A DNA stretch of 55,976 nucleotides from Candidatus Azambacteria bacterium (GCA_016234725.1 JACRAK010000029.1:1-55976); one strand, 5' to 3'. Positions 37,174 through 47,682 are shown, counted from the stretch's first letter. The notes: generated by a model from the sequence alone, not told the origin. Numbers and translations: made by a program.

Positions 37174-37854
37174 TTATTGCTTTGGAAAGACGTTTCTCTT
37201 CGCAAGCGCTTTCACTATTTCCTGATGCACCGCCTCCGGGTCTTGCTCGCCATTCACCACAATAAGCTTGCCTTTGCTGCGATAATGTTCAACCACCTTC
37301 ATCACTTCGTGGTCAAACCAATCAAGCCGCGATTCAATGCCTGCGGGATTATCTTCCGAACGGATCGTCAGGTCTCCGCCGCAATATTGGCAATGCGTTT
37401 GAGGCGCTTCTTGCTCATTTTCTACGTACGCTCCTCGCTTGCATACGCTGCATATGCGCCGTTTCATCAGGCGGTGACGCGCGACCTCGCGTGAAATATC
37501 GATAAGTACCACTTTTACTTTTTTCCGTTCGAACCAATCAAGCACCTCGTCGAGCGTCGTCGCCTCTCCGAGCATCCGCGGGCTGCCATCAAACAACACG
37601 CCTTTATGCACATCGGTATACGCAAGCTTTTCCATCCAAATAAAAAATGGCATCCAGGAAGGAGCGAGCTTCCCTTGTGCCATTGTTTCTTTCATCCGGT
37701 GCGCGGCGGCGTTTTTACGTTCAGAAAATTTCCGTAAAAGATCGCCGGTGCCGATGTATTCGAGATCAAACTCTCGCGCAAGAACCTGCGCTTGAGTACC
37801 CTTTCCGCTTCCTGAGCGCCCAAGCATAATAAGATTAAGTGGTTCTTTCTCCAT
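37174..37854 (-). CDS. adk: Adenylate kinase (Zn-lid type)
   Basis: GRSGSGKGTQ, DGSPR and CxxC...CxxC lid; lies after secY. Confidence 0.93.
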   Translation of the reverse strand: MEKEPLNLIMLGRSGSGKGTQAQVLAREFDLEYIGTGDLLRKFSERKNAAAHRMKETMAQGKLAPSWMPFFIWMEKLAYTDVHKGVLFDGSPRMLGEATTLDEVLDWFERKKVKVVLIDISREVARHRLMKRRICSVCKRGAYVENEQEAPQTHCQYCGGDLTIRSEDNPAGIESRLDWFDHEVMKVVEHYRSKGKLIVVNGEQDPEAVHQEIVKALAKRNVFPKQ

Positions 37855-37926
37855 TGCACTTCTATTCTATCACGAGATGTGATGTGTTAAAAATCACTCG
37901 TCTCGCTGAAGATAAGGCGAAGCAGG

Positions 37927-39201
37927 TTAGAATTTTTCGTACTCGTGCATGACGAGCTGTGCGTCGATCTGCTTCATCGTATCGAGCGCGACAGACACCA
38001 CGATCAACAACGCCGTACCACCGATCGAAAGCGTCGCGGTACCGGTAAAATATTGAATAATGAACGGCAGGACCGCAATAATGCCCAGCGACACCGCGCC
38101 TGCAAGCGTAATGCGATTCATGACCCGCGCGAGAAACTCCGCGGTCGGGTTTCCCGGCCGGATGCCCGGCACGAACCCGCCATGCTTCTGCACGCCTTCC
38201 GCGATCTCCTTCGTATCAAACGTGACTGCGGTATAAAAATACGTAAAAATGATCACGAGAATAAAATACACCGATCCGTACATCAGCCCTCCCGCTTTAA
38301 AAAATCCGGCGAGCGAGGTCCCGAGATCTTTGATCCACTCCTGATGCGCCAACTGCATGAAATTGCCAAGCATCTGCGGGAACAACAGGATCGATATCGC
38401 AAAAATGATAGGGATGACCCCTGCTTGATTCACCTTCAACGGAAGGTATGTCGACGTTCCTCCATATACCTTTGATCCGCGCACCCTCTTTGCATATGAA
38501 ATGGGAATATTCCGCTGGCTGTCGTTGATAAACACGACGCCCGCGATCACAATGACAAATACGATAAGAAACACGACCACCGTCGGGATCATGGACGGGT
38601 CGAAATTGAGGAAGAACTGGCCCACTTTTGTCGGTACAGCAGCGATGATACCCGCAAAGATGAGCAGTGAAATGCCATTGCCGATCTTTTTTTCCGAAAT
38701 AAGTTCGCCGATCCACATCAAGAATACCGTTCCCGCCGTGATCACCGAAAGGTTGGTGATGAGCGAAAAAAGATCAAGCCGGTCAATGACATTCTGATTC
38801 TGGAGCAACGCCAAAAGACCATACCCCTGCAAACAGGCAAGCGGTATGGTTAACAGCCGCGTGTATTGATTGAACTTCTGCCTTCCTTGTTCTCCTTCTC
38901 CCTGGTACAGCTCTTTGAGCTGGGGGAAGATCATGGTCAGAAGCTGCATGATAATGAGCGCGGTGATGTAGGGGCCGACGCCCAGCATGACAATAGAGAG
39001 ATTATCGAGCGCGCCGCCGGAAAAGATATTGAGCAATCCGAAGAATTGATTCCCTTCAAAAAAGCTCTGCAATCTGCTCACATCGATCCCCGGAACCGGG
39101 ATGACCGCCGCCACGCGGAACACCGCCAGCAACGCAAGCACGAAAAGGATCTTCCTTCTCAGATCCTTTGTTTTAAAAATTTGTATCAATTTGTCCATCA
39201 T
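37927..39201 (-). CDS. secY: Preprotein translocase SecY
   Basis: LGVGPYITA, IGNGISL, AGVIPIIFA and PGIRPG. Confidence 0.97.
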   Translation of the reverse strand: MMDKLIQIFKTKDLRRKILFVLALLAVFRVAAVIPVPGIDVSRLQSFFEGNQFFGLLNIFSGGALDNLSIVMLGVGPYITALIIMQLLTMIFPQLKELYQGEGEQGRQKFNQYTRLLTIPLACLQGYGLLALLQNQNVIDRLDLFSLITNLSVITAGTVFLMWIGELISEKKIGNGISLLIFAGIIAAVPTKVGQFFLNFDPSMIPTVVVFLIVFVIVIAGVVFINDSQRNIPISYAKRVRGSKVYGGTSTYLPLKVNQAGVIPIIFAISILLFPQMLGNFMQLAHQEWIKDLGTSLAGFFKAGGLMYGSVYFILVIIFTYFYTAVTFDTKEIAEGVQKHGGFVPGIRPGNPTAEFLARVMNRITLAGAVSLGIIAVLPFIIQYFTGTATLSIGGTALLIVVSVALDTMKQIDAQLVMHEYEKF

Positions 39202-39210
39202 ACTCTAGAC

Positions 39211-39639
39211 CTATTCCTTTACCGCGCCCCCCGCCTTTTCGATCTTCTCCTTCGCCGATGCGGATACAAAACATCGCTCTACGGTAAGTTTCTTTTCCAG
39301 CGCCCCGCCGCCAAGTATCTTTACCAAAGGAAATGTGTTTCCTCTCTTTTCGATAAGGCCGTGGGCATGCAGTGACTCCGGGGTCACCGCGTCGCCTGAG
39401 GCAAATACCGCATCCATTGCAAAAAGGTTCACGATCGCGTGTTTTGTGCCGATGCTCTTAAAGCGATACCCGCGCAATTTCGGGATTTTTTTGATCAGAT
39501 CGCGTTCTGCGGGACGGATCCTGTGTCCTGCGCGCGACTTCTGTCCTTTTGTCCCTCGTCCGGACGTCTTTCCATGCGCGCCGCCCCGCGCGATGCGTTT
39601 CTTGCTTTTCTTTTTATTCCGTAATTCGTGAAGTTGCAT
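39211..39639 (-). CDS. rplO: 50S ribosomal protein L15
   Basis: GKTSGRGTKGQKSRAG; KIEKAGG. Confidence 0.95.
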   Translation of the reverse strand: MQLHELRNKKKSKKRIARGGAHGKTSGRGTKGQKSRAGHRIRPAERDLIKKIPKLRGYRFKSIGTKHAIVNLFAMDAVFASGDAVTPESLHAHGLIEKRGNTFPLVKILGGGALEKKLTVERCFVSASAKEKIEKAGGAVKE

Positions 39640-39775
39640 ACCCCGTATATCAACTTGGATAATGTTCACATTATCAAAAGTTGTAATAAATAATTATTCT
39701 TGCGTATATCCTTTAGCATGCCCCCGCGCAAGGTCTTTCGCATGCGAAAGACCAATCCAAGTTGTATTACGGGGC
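39640..39775. repeat. Family E element, copy 2, at the rpsE-rplO junction
   Basis: 17-nt ends identical to 2546-2676; gcata direct repeat at both junctions. Confidence 0.8.
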
Positions 39776-39781
39776 ATATGA

Positions 39782-40297
39782 TTATTGTAACGGCGTTGCT
39801 TCGCTTGCCGAAACCGCCTGCACGGGTGCCGCAGGTCCTTTCTGCCGCCGCAGCTTCAAGCTCCTGAGCGCCGCAACCGTCGCCTCGCTTACATTGATCT
39901 TATTCGAACTCCTTCCTTGGATCTTTCCGGTGACGTTCTTTATTCCCGCAAGCTCGCAGATCACCCGCACTGCGCCGCCCGCAATGATGCCTGTTCCCGG
40001 TTTTGCCGGCTTCAGCAGCACGCGTGCGCTTCGAAACTTCCTGCTCACCGTATGCGGAATGGTACCGTTATAGGTATTGATCTTGGTGATATTTTTTTTC
40101 GCTTGCTGGATCGCTTTTTCAATGGATGCGGCAACGTCGAGCCCTTTTGCGGTCCCTACGCCGACGCCGCCCTTTCGGTCGCCGAGCGCGATCGTCACGC
40201 GGAAGCTGAACCGTCTCCCGCCCGCCATCGTACGCGCCACTCTCCTGATATCGAGGGTCTTTTGGTCAAACTCTGATTTTTGTCGTTGCATTGCCAT
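39782..40297 (-). CDS. rpsE: 30S ribosomal protein S5
   Basis: RRVARTMAGGRRFSF; GTGIIAGG. Confidence 0.96.
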   Translation of the reverse strand: MAMQRQKSEFDQKTLDIRRVARTMAGGRRFSFRVTIALGDRKGGVGVGTAKGLDVAASIEKAIQQAKKNITKINTYNGTIPHTVSRKFRSARVLLKPAKPGTGIIAGGAVRVICELAGIKNVTGKIQGRSSNKINVSEATVAALRSLKLRRQKGPAAPVQAVSASEATPLQ

Positions 40298-40299
40298 AC

Positions 40300-40629
40300 T
40301 TAAAATAGTAATCCTCCGGCTCGCGCGCCCTCGGCAACTTCTTTAATTCTCCCGTGATACGGGAATCCGCCGCGATCAAACACCGCTTTCGTGATACCTG
40401 CTTCTTTTGCTTTTTTCGCGATCTCCTCGCCCACTTTTTTCGCACGCTCCGCTTTCGTGTGTTTGCCTTTGTGAGCAACATCGGATGCGGAACACAGCGT
40501 GACCGCTTTTGCATCATCGATAAGCTGGGCATACGTGTATTTCGTCGAACGAAATACCGCAAGGCGGGGCGCAGATGCGGTGCCTTGTATCTTTGCCCGT
40601 ATTCGTTTGTGGATCCGTGTACGATTCAT
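40300..40629 (-). CDS. rplR: 50S ribosomal protein L18
   Basis: PRLAVFRS; VFDRGGFPYHGR. Confidence 0.96.
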   Translation of the reverse strand: MNRTRIHKRIRAKIQGTASAPRLAVFRSTKYTYAQLIDDAKAVTLCSASDVAHKGKHTKAERAKKVGEEIAKKAKEAGITKAVFDRGGFPYHGRIKEVAEGARAGGLLF

Positions 40630-40638
40630 AGAATTGCT

Positions 40639-41175
40639 TTATGCGGTCCCTGCGCGCTTGCCTTCTTTGCGCCGAATTATTTCTCCCGTATATCGAATTC
40701 CTTTCCCTTTATATGGCTCAGGCTTCTTCAGCTTGCGGATGTTCGCCGCGATCTGGCCTACGAGCCCCTTATCGATGCCTGAAATGGAAATGGCATTCTT
40801 CTCAACATGGAACGCAATGCCCGCAGGCGCTTCGAATTCAACGGGATGAGAAAAGCCGAGCTGCATTACGAGCTTGTTCCCGGAGAGCGCTACGCGATAC
40901 CCCACGCCTTCCAACTCAAGTTTCTTCGTGAACCCCTCATGCACGCCTTTCGCCATGTTCGCGATAAGCGCGCGGGTCAACCCCACAAAAGCCTTTGATG
41001 CGTTTTCGTGCGCTTTCCGGACGATCACCAGGCCGTTTTCCTGCGTCACCGCGACCGCAGGATGCGCGTGCAATGCCAATTCCCCTTTTGGCCCCTTCAC
41101 GGAGACCATATTTCCCTCGATGCGTACTTCGATCTTCTCGGGTATTTTTATTGAATTTTTTGTAAGACTTGCCAT
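40639..41175 (-). CDS. rplF: 50S ribosomal protein L6
   Basis: VKGPKGEL; PEPYKGKGIRY. Confidence 0.96.
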   Translation of the reverse strand: MASLTKNSIKIPEKIEVRIEGNMVSVKGPKGELALHAHPAVAVTQENGLVIVRKAHENASKAFVGLTRALIANMAKGVHEGFTKKLELEGVGYRVALSGNKLVMQLGFSHPVEFEAPAGIAFHVEKNAISISGIDKGLVGQIAANIRKLKKPEPYKGKGIRYTGEIIRRKEGKRAGTA

Positions 41176-41180
41176 AGGGA

Positions 41181-41570
41181 TCACCACACTTCACAGATAA
41201 CCTCTCCGCCAACGCGCTTTCGACGCGCCTCTCTATCGGTCATTAATCCTTCGGGTGTTGAGATCACCGCGATGCCAAAACCCTCTCGAATAGAATGCAT
41301 TTTTGCGGCGGGTGCATACACTCGCTGGCCGGGCTTCGATACGCGCGCAATACTGCTGATCGCGGAAGAGCCATCTTTCTGATATTTCAATTTCACCGCA
41401 ATGGTTTTGCGTATTTTTTTCCCCTTCTTTTCAAACCCGTCGATGAAATTCTCCCGCTTTAAGATCGCGAGTATCGCCGACTTGATCTGTGAATACGGAA
41501 TACTCACGGTCTCATGACCGGCTGCTTTCGCATTGCGTATTCGCGTGAGCATGTCTGCAATAGGATCCAT
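41181..41570 (-). CDS. rpsH: 30S ribosomal protein S8
   Basis: MDPIADMLTRIRNA; SKPGQRVY. Confidence 0.97.
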   Translation of the reverse strand: MDPIADMLTRIRNAKAAGHETVSIPYSQIKSAILAILKRENFIDGFEKKGKKIRKTIAVKLKYQKDGSSAISSIARVSKPGQRVYAPAAKMHSIREGFGIAVISTPEGLMTDREARRKRVGGEVICEVW

Positions 41571-41669
41571 AAATATCTTATAACCTGTATCGTAAATCTT
41601 GGAACATAAAACGTAGATTCTGAAATATGAATTGGGTTTTACGTTTCATGTTACCTGTTTCATGTTTTC
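41571..41669. repeat. Inverted heptamer arrays at the rpsN-rpsH junction
   Basis: taacctg tatcgta aatcttg gaacata aaacgta ... ttttacg tttcatg ttacctg ttttcatg. Confidence 0.75.
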
Positions 41670-41853
41670 ACCAGCTTGATCGCGTTACTCCGGGGATCTC
41701 GCCTTTTTGCGCAAGCTCCCGGAAACAGATCCTGCACAGATCGAATGCGCTGATATAGCCGCGCACCCGTCCGCATCGAAAACACCGATTTACTTTTCGT
41801 GTCGAGAATTTTGGTTTCCGTTTTGACCGCGCAATGGTTGATTTCTTTGCCAT
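41668..41853 (-). CDS. rpsN: 30S ribosomal protein S14, Zn-binding type
   Basis: RCFRCGR...LCRICFRE. Confidence 0.96.
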   Translation of the reverse strand: MAKKSTIARSKRKPKFSTRKVNRCFRCGRVRGYISAFDLCRICFRELAQKGEIPGVTRSSW

Positions 41854-41864
41854 ACCAACAAATA

Positions 41865-42404
41865 TTATTTCTTCAGGGGAACTCCCATCATACGGAACAT
41901 GTATTCCGCCGCCTTCTTATCCCAAGAATTGGTCACGATGGTTATCTCAAAACCGAAGATATTCCCCGCTTTTTCGTGGCTTGCCTCAGGAAACACAATA
42001 TCTTCTTTTATGCCGATAGTCAAATTACCCGCCTGATCGATCCCATTCGTGCCGATACCGTGAAAATCCCTCGTGCGGGGAAACGCGATGGAAACAAGTC
42101 GGTCGAGAAAACTGTACATTTTTTCGCCTCTGAGCGTCACCTTCACGCCGATGGGCGTTCCTTGGCGAAGTTTGAACGTAGCGATGGATGTGCGCGCGAG
42201 TGTCTTCACCGCTTTTTGCCCCGCGATAAGCGTGAGTCCGCGCTCCACCGACTCGACGGCTTTCTGATCCCCGGATACTCTGCCAACGCCCGAATTCAAG
42301 ACGATCTTGCGGATCTTTGGCGCTTGCGCATCAAGGCGATACCCGAATTCCTTCTTCATCGCAGGCACCACTTCTTTTATATATTTTTCTTTAAGACGGT
42401 TCAT
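41865..42404 (-). CDS. rplE: 50S ribosomal protein L5
   Basis: IGVKVTLRG; PRTRDFHG. Confidence 0.96.
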   Translation of the reverse strand: MNRLKEKYIKEVVPAMKKEFGYRLDAQAPKIRKIVLNSGVGRVSGDQKAVESVERGLTLIAGQKAVKTLARTSIATFKLRQGTPIGVKVTLRGEKMYSFLDRLVSIAFPRTRDFHGIGTNGIDQAGNLTIGIKEDIVFPEASHEKAGNIFGFEITIVTNSWDKKAAEYMFRMMGVPLKK

Positions 42405-42406
42405 AC

Positions 42407-42712
42407 TTATATCGTTGCGTTGCATTTTTTACATATCCGCGACTTGATGTCTTTCGATATCTGATACCCGACGCGCGCGGGCTTGGAACATTTCGGACAG
42501 ATAAGCATCACGTTTGAAATATCAAGCGGCGATTCTTTTGAAATGATCTGCCCTTTTTCACCCTGCTTTCGCGGGCGCATGTGCACTTTACGCATATTCA
42601 ACGACTGCACTACCACGGCGCGATCGTCCGGGAGCACCTGCATGATCTTTCCCGATTTCCCTCGATCTTTTCCTCGCATGATCACTATATTGTCGCCTTT
42701 TTTTACTTTCAT
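42407..42712 (-). CDS. rplX: 50S ribosomal protein L24
   Basis: KKGDNIVIMRGKDRGK; SNVMLIC. Confidence 0.96.
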   Translation of the reverse strand: MKVKKGDNIVIMRGKDRGKSGKIMQVLPDDRAVVVQSLNMRKVHMRPRKQGEKGQIISKESPLDISNVMLICPKCSKPARVGYQISKDIKSRICKKCNATI

Positions 42713-42722
42713 ATGCGTTGCG

Positions 42723-43088
42723 TTATACCACCTCCGGCGCGAGTGAAACTAATTTTGTAAATCCTTTTTCCTTCAATTCCCGAGGGATCGGACCGAAGAT
42801 CCTTCCCCCTTTCGGTTCCTGCCCGTCCACGATCACCACCGCATTGTCATCAAATCGGATATGGGAGCCGTCTTGCCGCGTGAATGACCGCCGCTGGCGC
42901 ACCACCACCGCTTTCACCACGTCTGATTTTTTTACCGCCTTCCGCGGCTCGGCGACTTTGACCGTGCCGACGATGATATCGCCGATTCGCGCGTATCGCT
43001 TGCGCGTGCCGCCCAATACGCGAAAACACTGGACGATTTTCGCCCCGCTGTTATCTGCAACCTTACACATGGTACGCGGCTGGATCAT
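42723..43088 (-). CDS. rplN: 50S ribosomal protein L14
   Basis: VADNSGAK; RFDDNA; SLAPEV. Confidence 0.97.
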   Translation of the reverse strand: MIQPRTMCKVADNSGAKIVQCFRVLGGTRKRYARIGDIIVGTVKVAEPRKAVKKSDVVKAVVVRQRRSFTRQDGSHIRFDDNAVVIVDGQEPKGGRIFGPIPRELKEKGFTKLVSLAPEVV

Positions 43089-43107
43089 ATCTGTTCGTTA
43101 AAAACTG

Positions 43108-43353
43108 TTATACTCTTCCGATCACTGTCCATTTTTTATCTTTTGAGATCGGGCGCGTTTCTTCGATCACTACCTTGTCGCCGACCTTATATTCCTTCTT
43201 CTCATCATGCGCTTTATAGCGCTTCGTCACCGTATAGCGCTTGCGGTAGATGGGGTGCTCTTTGATGCTCGTCACCGACACTACCACTGTTTTTTGCATG
43301 GCATCAGATACCACCTCCCCCTGCAATGTTCGTTTTTGTTTTTTTTCTTCCAT
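43108..43353 (-). CDS. rpsQ: 30S ribosomal protein S17
   Basis: GEVVSDAMQKT; ETRPISK. Confidence 0.96.
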   Translation of the reverse strand: MEEKKQKRTLQGEVVSDAMQKTVVVSVTSIKEHPIYRKRYTVTKRYKAHDEKKEYKVGDKVVIEETRPISKDKKWTVIGRV

Positions 43354-43385
43354 GGTATTTAGAACCCATCTTAATAAAAAGCCGA

Positions 43386-43580
43386 TTATACCAGCTGTTT
43401 CGCACGAAGTAAAGTGAGGATCCTTGCCCGTGTTTTGCGCGCCGCAGCTATCGCCTTCACGTTCTTTAATTTATTGAACGCGCGGTCAAAACGAAGGGTT
43501 TTTAACTCTTCTTCGCATGCGAGAAGGTCTTTCTCGAGCTCTCCGGATGATTTTGATCGCAACATTTCTGTCTTTTTCAT
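43386..43580 (-). CDS. rpmC: 50S ribosomal protein L29
   Basis: LRF...RKTRARILT; syntenic position. Confidence 0.92.
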   Translation of the reverse strand: MKKTEMLRSKSSGELEKDLLACEEELKTLRFDRAFNKLKNVKAIAAARKTRARILTLLRAKQLV

Positions 43581-43584
43581 ACTG

Positions 43585-44001
43585 TTATATCTCGCGTTTT
43601 ACGAATTTCGCCGCAAGCGGGAGCTTTGATGACGCTTTCCGCAGCGCTTCTTGGGCTATTTTTTCATCGACGCCGTCCATCTCGAACAATATCGTTCCCG
43701 GCTTGATCACCGCAACATAATGATCGACGGACCCTTTTCCGCCGCCCATCGGCACTTCTTGCCCCTTTTTGGTGATCGGCTTATCGGGAAATATCCTGAT
43801 CCAGATCTTCCCCGACCGCTGCACGTACCGGGTCATTGCGCGCCGCGCCGCTTCGATCTGCCGCGACGTCAGCCATGCCCGCCCCTTCGCCTTCAAGCCG
43901 AATGCGCCGAAGCTCAAATGGATGCCGCGCGACGCCACGCCGCGATCGCGTTTTCGTCCTTTGTGCCATTTCCTATGTTTTACTTTTTTGGGCAATAACA
44001 T
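43585..44001 (-). CDS. rplP: 50S ribosomal protein L16
   Basis: RQIEAARRA; WIRIFPDKP; MGGGKG. Confidence 0.97.
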   Translation of the reverse strand: MLLPKKVKHRKWHKGRKRDRGVASRGIHLSFGAFGLKAKGRAWLTSRQIEAARRAMTRYVQRSGKIWIRIFPDKPITKKGQEVPMGGGKGSVDHYVAVIKPGTILFEMDGVDEKIAQEALRKASSKLPLAAKFVKREI

Positions 44002-44010
44002 GACTCGAAG

Positions 44011-44691
44011 CTATTTTGTATGTTCCTTCTTTTCTTTATCAAATACTTCTCCCTTATAGATCCAGATCTTTACGCCTACCACGCCGTACGTGCAATATGC
44101 GTTCGCGGTCGCGTAATCAATGTGCGCCCGCAATGTCGCAAGCGGCATTCTTCCTTTGCTCAGCCATTCCGTGCGTGACATTTCGCCTCCGTCAAGCCTT
44201 CCGGACACCCTGATCTTCGCTCCGATCACGTCGCCGCTTTGCATGGTCTTTTCCAGCGTTTGCTTCAACACTCGTCTGAACGGAAGCCGTTTCTCGATCT
44301 GGTCTGCGGCCTGTTGTGCGACGATCGGCGCGCGGCCTTCCGGCTTGGACACCTCTTCCACCTGGACCCGGATCTCTGTCTTTGCTTTTTTATCGACGCG
44401 GATCGCGTTATATTTCTTTTCGATCTCGTTTTTAAGCGCTTCGATGCCGCCGCCGCCTTTGCCGATGATCAGCCCGGGCCTTGAGGTATGAATGATCACC
44501 GTGATCTTATTCGCCGAGCGCTCGATCTCGATCCGTTCAAGTCCGTTCTTCCTGAGTTTTTCAACTAAAAAGCTGCGAAGATAATAATCTTCTTTCAAGA
44601 AATCTTTATATGCTTTCTGCTGAAACCATCGCGACCTCCACCCCTCATTCACGCCGATCCGGAAGGCCAATGGATTTACTTTCTTTCCCAT
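44011..44691 (-). CDS. rpsC: 30S ribosomal protein S3
   Basis: MGKKVNP; RPGLIIGKGG; GVKIWIY. Confidence 0.97.
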   Translation of the reverse strand: MGKKVNPLAFRIGVNEGWRSRWFQQKAYKDFLKEDYYLRSFLVEKLRKNGLERIEIERSANKITVIIHTSRPGLIIGKGGGGIEALKNEIEKKYNAIRVDKKAKTEIRVQVEEVSKPEGRAPIVAQQAADQIEKRLPFRRVLKQTLEKTMQSGDVIGAKIRVSGRLDGGEMSRTEWLSKGRMPLATLRAHIDYATANAYCTYGVVGVKIWIYKGEVFDKEKKEHTK

Positions 44692-44713
44692 GTGCGTAAT
44701 CGCAAATTATTTA

Positions 44714-45268
44714 TTATTTATCTTCGTGCGCGTGGAATGCCCGTCGCGCGATACCGGTCAAACGCCGCCCCGTTGGCGCGGGCTTTTTCGCTACTTGCGC
44801 GCGTACGGCGGGCTTTTTTTCATGCGTCATGGCCTTTTTGCTTTTCCCTTCTTCCTTCGCTGTTTTCTTTGCCGGCATGACAAGCGCCATCTTTTTCTGA
44901 GAAACCTTTTTCCCCGTGTGCGTCATATTTCTATCTTTCTTTTCCGATAAAGTCAAGCTGATATGGGACATTCTCTTCCGGATCGTATAGGAACTTCCCC
45001 GCGCGCGCGGCATGCCGCGCTTCAATGTCTGCCCTTCGTTCACGAAGATCTCCGAAATATACAGATCCTTGGGGTCAAGCTTGAAATTGTGCGTCGCGTT
45101 CGCCACCGCGGAATCGATCAGCTTTATGATCGGCAGCGCCGCTTTGCGCATAAGGAACGTAAGCTGGGTCTTTGCGTCGCCCACGTTGCGTCCCCGAACA
45201 AGCGCGGCAACAATTCTGACCTTGCGCGGTGATATTCGTATATTGCGGAGATGGGCTTTTACGTGCAT
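44714..45268 (-). CDS. rplV: 50S ribosomal protein L22 with basic C-terminal extension
   Basis: ISPRKVR; SAVANA; PRARG; then an extra Lys/Ala-rich tail of about 70 aa. Confidence 0.95.
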   Translation of the reverse strand: MHVKAHLRNIRISPRKVRIVAALVRGRNVGDAKTQLTFLMRKAALPIIKLIDSAVANATHNFKLDPKDLYISEIFVNEGQTLKRGMPRARGSSYTIRKRMSHISLTLSEKKDRNMTHTGKKVSQKKMALVMPAKKTAKEEGKSKKAMTHEKKPAVRAQVAKKPAPTGRRLTGIARRAFHAHEDK

Positions 45269-45285
45269 ATATGTTGCGTATCGTA

Positions 45286-45615
45286 TTATTTCTTAGGCGC
45301 TGCTGCTGCCGGCGCTGCGGCAGGGGCGGTCGCGGTCTGCGCTTTTGCTTCCAGTTCTTTCTGCATCTTGCCGCCATGTCTGACAAATTTCCGCGTGAGC
45401 GAAAACTCTCCGAGCCGATGGCCCACCATGTCTTCCGTGATGAACACGGGGACATGCGCCTTGCCGTTGTGTACGCCAATGGTGAACCCGATCATTTCCG
45501 GCGAGATCATGGATGCGCGCGCCCATGTGTTGATGGTCGCTCCCGGCTTTACCTTCGCGATCTTTTCGAGCAATCGCTCGTCAACGTATGGTCCTTTTTT
45601 CAGGCTTCGTGACAT
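45286..45615 (-). CDS. rpsS: 30S ribosomal protein S19
   Basis: MSRSLKKGP; MVGHRLGEF. Confidence 0.97.
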   Translation of the reverse strand: MSRSLKKGPYVDERLLEKIAKVKPGATINTWARASMISPEMIGFTIGVHNGKAHVPVFITEDMVGHRLGEFSLTRKFVRHGGKMQKELEAKAQTATAPAAAPAAAAPKK

Positions 45616-45619
45616 ATAT

Positions 45620-46447
45620 TTATTTCTTTACTTTTCGTGAAACGATAAATTTATTCGTAGGATGATTCTTCTTGCGCGTTTTTTTGCCAAGCGCATGCTT
45701 GCCCCACGGCGTCTTCGGATACGGAAGACCGATCGGCTGCGCTCCTTCACCGCCGCCATGCGGATGATCCACCGGATTCATCGCCGAACCGCGCACGGTC
45801 GGCCGGATGCCGCGCCATCGCGACGCCCCCGCTTTTCCGTAGCTGATGAGATTATGCTCGGGATTCGAAAGCACGCCGATGGTCGCCAAGCACGATGAAA
45901 GGATCCTGCGCACTTCGCCCGAAGGCATCTGCACGTTGGCATATTTTCCTTCGTGCGCCATGACTTTCGCGGAAGACCCTGCGCTCCGCACGATCTGCCC
46001 GCCCTTCCCCGGCTGCATCTCCACATTATGGATGAAAAAACCCACCGGTATCTTTGCAAGCGGCAACCGGCTTCCGTCCGCAAGCGGCGCGTTGTCGGAC
46101 GTGATCACCGCATCGCCCACTTTCATGTTCTTCACCGCGAGCACATAGCGCTTTTCGCCGTCATGATATTGGATCAGCGAAATGAACGCAGAACGGTTCG
46201 GGTCATATTCGAGCGCGATGATCGTGCCCGGAATGTTCATTTTATTCTGCTTGAAATCGATCTCGCGGAAAAGCTTTTTATTGCCGCCGCCTTTGTGGCG
46301 TACGGTGATCCTTCCCTGTTTCGAGCGCCCCATTCTCCGCTTGCGGCCGAATGTCAGCGACTTCTCCGGCTCTTTGTTGGTGAGCATGGAATAGTCAGCG
46401 ATCGATCGCTGTCGTTGTCCCGGAGTTGTTGGTTTCAGTAATTTCAT
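45620..46447 (-). CDS. rplB: 50S ribosomal protein L2
   Basis: EYDPNRSA; [14 protein letters not shown]. Confidence 0.98.
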   Translation of the reverse strand: MKLLKPTTPGQRQRSIADYSMLTNKEPEKSLTFGRKRRMGRSKQGRITVRHKGGGNKKLFREIDFKQNKMNIPGTIIALEYDPNRSAFISLIQYHDGEKRYVLAVKNMKVGDAVITSDNAPLADGSRLPLAKIPVGFFIHNVEMQPGKGGQIVRSAGSSAKVMAHEGKYANVQMPSGEVRRILSSCLATIGVLSNPEHNLISYGKAGASRWRGIRPTVRGSAMNPVDHPHGGGEGAQPIGLPYPKTPWGKHALGKKTRKKNHPTNKFIVSRKVKK

Positions 46448-46455
46448 ATGGTGCG

Positions 46456-46878
46456 TTATACGCCGATATCTATCGTTTCGCCTTCTTTTATCGTTACCAT
46501 CGCTTTTTTAAATCCCGGGACACGCCCTTCGTGACGCCCGAGGCGCACCTTTTTCCCGGGCATATTCATCACGTTTACTTTCGTCACCGTAACTTTGAAC
46601 ATGCGCTGGATCGCTTTTACGATCTCATTTTTCGTGGTTGCGCGCGCGACCTTGAATACATAGGTATTCTGTGCCGCACACCGCGATGTTTTTTCAGTGA
46701 TATACGGATGCTCGATCACGCGCCCCGCATATACCGGCCGCATCTGCACCGATCCGGTATGCTCCGGTGCCGCATCGCTGACCGTCGCTTTTTTTACGCG
46801 TGATACAACCGCCTCCTTCTTTGGAGCTTTCGTTTCTTGTTCAGACAATGTCTTTTTGATTGTGCCGATAATGGACAT
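46456..46878 (-). CDS. rplW: 50S ribosomal protein L23 with N-terminal extension
   Basis: PYITEK; KKAMVT. Confidence 0.94.
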   Translation of the reverse strand: MSIIGTIKKTLSEQETKAPKKEAVVSRVKKATVSDAAPEHTGSVQMRPVYAGRVIEHPYITEKTSRCAAQNTYVFKVARATTKNEIVKAIQRMFKVTVTKVNVMNMPGKKVRLGRHEGRVPGFKKAMVTIKEGETIDIGV

Positions 46879-46887
46879 ACTGGAAAA

Positions 46888-47682
46888 TTACGCTTTTTTC
46901 TTCGCCTGCTTCTTTCCCTTTTTTACTGCCGGCTTCTGCGTCTGCTTCTTCGCTTTCTTGGCCGGCGCGGTCCGTGCGGCTTTTTGCGCGGCAACCCTTT
47001 TTATTTCCTGCGCTTCCTGTGCCGATGCGGGCTTCTTCATTCCTCCGTACGTTTTTTCGATCACTGCGATCGCCTCTTTCGGGATCATCACATATCTGTA
47101 TATCAAAAGGTCGTGCACATTCAAGCTGTCTGCGCGCAGTACTTTCACATTCGGAAGATTGCGCGCCGCAAGCGTAACATTCATATCTGCGCCGGGAATG
47201 ATAATAAGCGTCTTCCGCGTTTCCACCTCGGGCAAGATGCCCATGAACGCGCGAAATACGTCCGCCATATGTTTTGTTTTCGGCTTTTCAAATGCAAGCG
47301 CGTCAAGCACCGCGATCTTGCCCGCTTTTACTTTGGACGAAAGCATCATCGCGAGCGCTTTCTGCTTTTGTTTTTTATTGATCTTCAAAGAAAAATTCCG
47401 CTCATTGCGCGGACCGAATGTCACGCCGCCGCCCGTCCACAACGGAGACCGGATGGAACCGTGCCGCGCGCGGCCGGTGCCTTTTTGGCGCCACGGCTTC
47501 TTGCCGCCGCCGGAAACCTCGCTCCTGTCTTTGGTGTGCGCGATGACCTGCCGCGCATTGCAAAACTGCACCCGCATTGCCTGATGCACCACGCTGTCTT
47601 TATGCGGCACGCCGAACACGCGCTCCGGAAGATCGTATGTTCCCACCTTTTTCCCCTCTTGATTGTATACCACTGTTTCCAT
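46888..47682 (-). CDS. rplD: 50S ribosomal protein L4 with Lys/Ala-rich C-terminal extension
   Basis: KPWRQKGTGRARHGS; start METVVY. Confidence 0.96.
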   Translation of the reverse strand: METVVYNQEGKKVGTYDLPERVFGVPHKDSVVHQAMRVQFCNARQVIAHTKDRSEVSGGGKKPWRQKGTGRARHGSIRSPLWTGGGVTFGPRNERNFSLKINKKQKQKALAMMLSSKVKAGKIAVLDALAFEKPKTKHMADVFRAFMGILPEVETRKTLIIIPGADMNVTLAARNLPNVKVLRADSLNVHDLLIYRYVMIPKEAIAVIEKTYGGMKKPASAQEAQEIKRVAAQKAARTAPAKKAKKQTQKPAVKKGKKQAKKKA

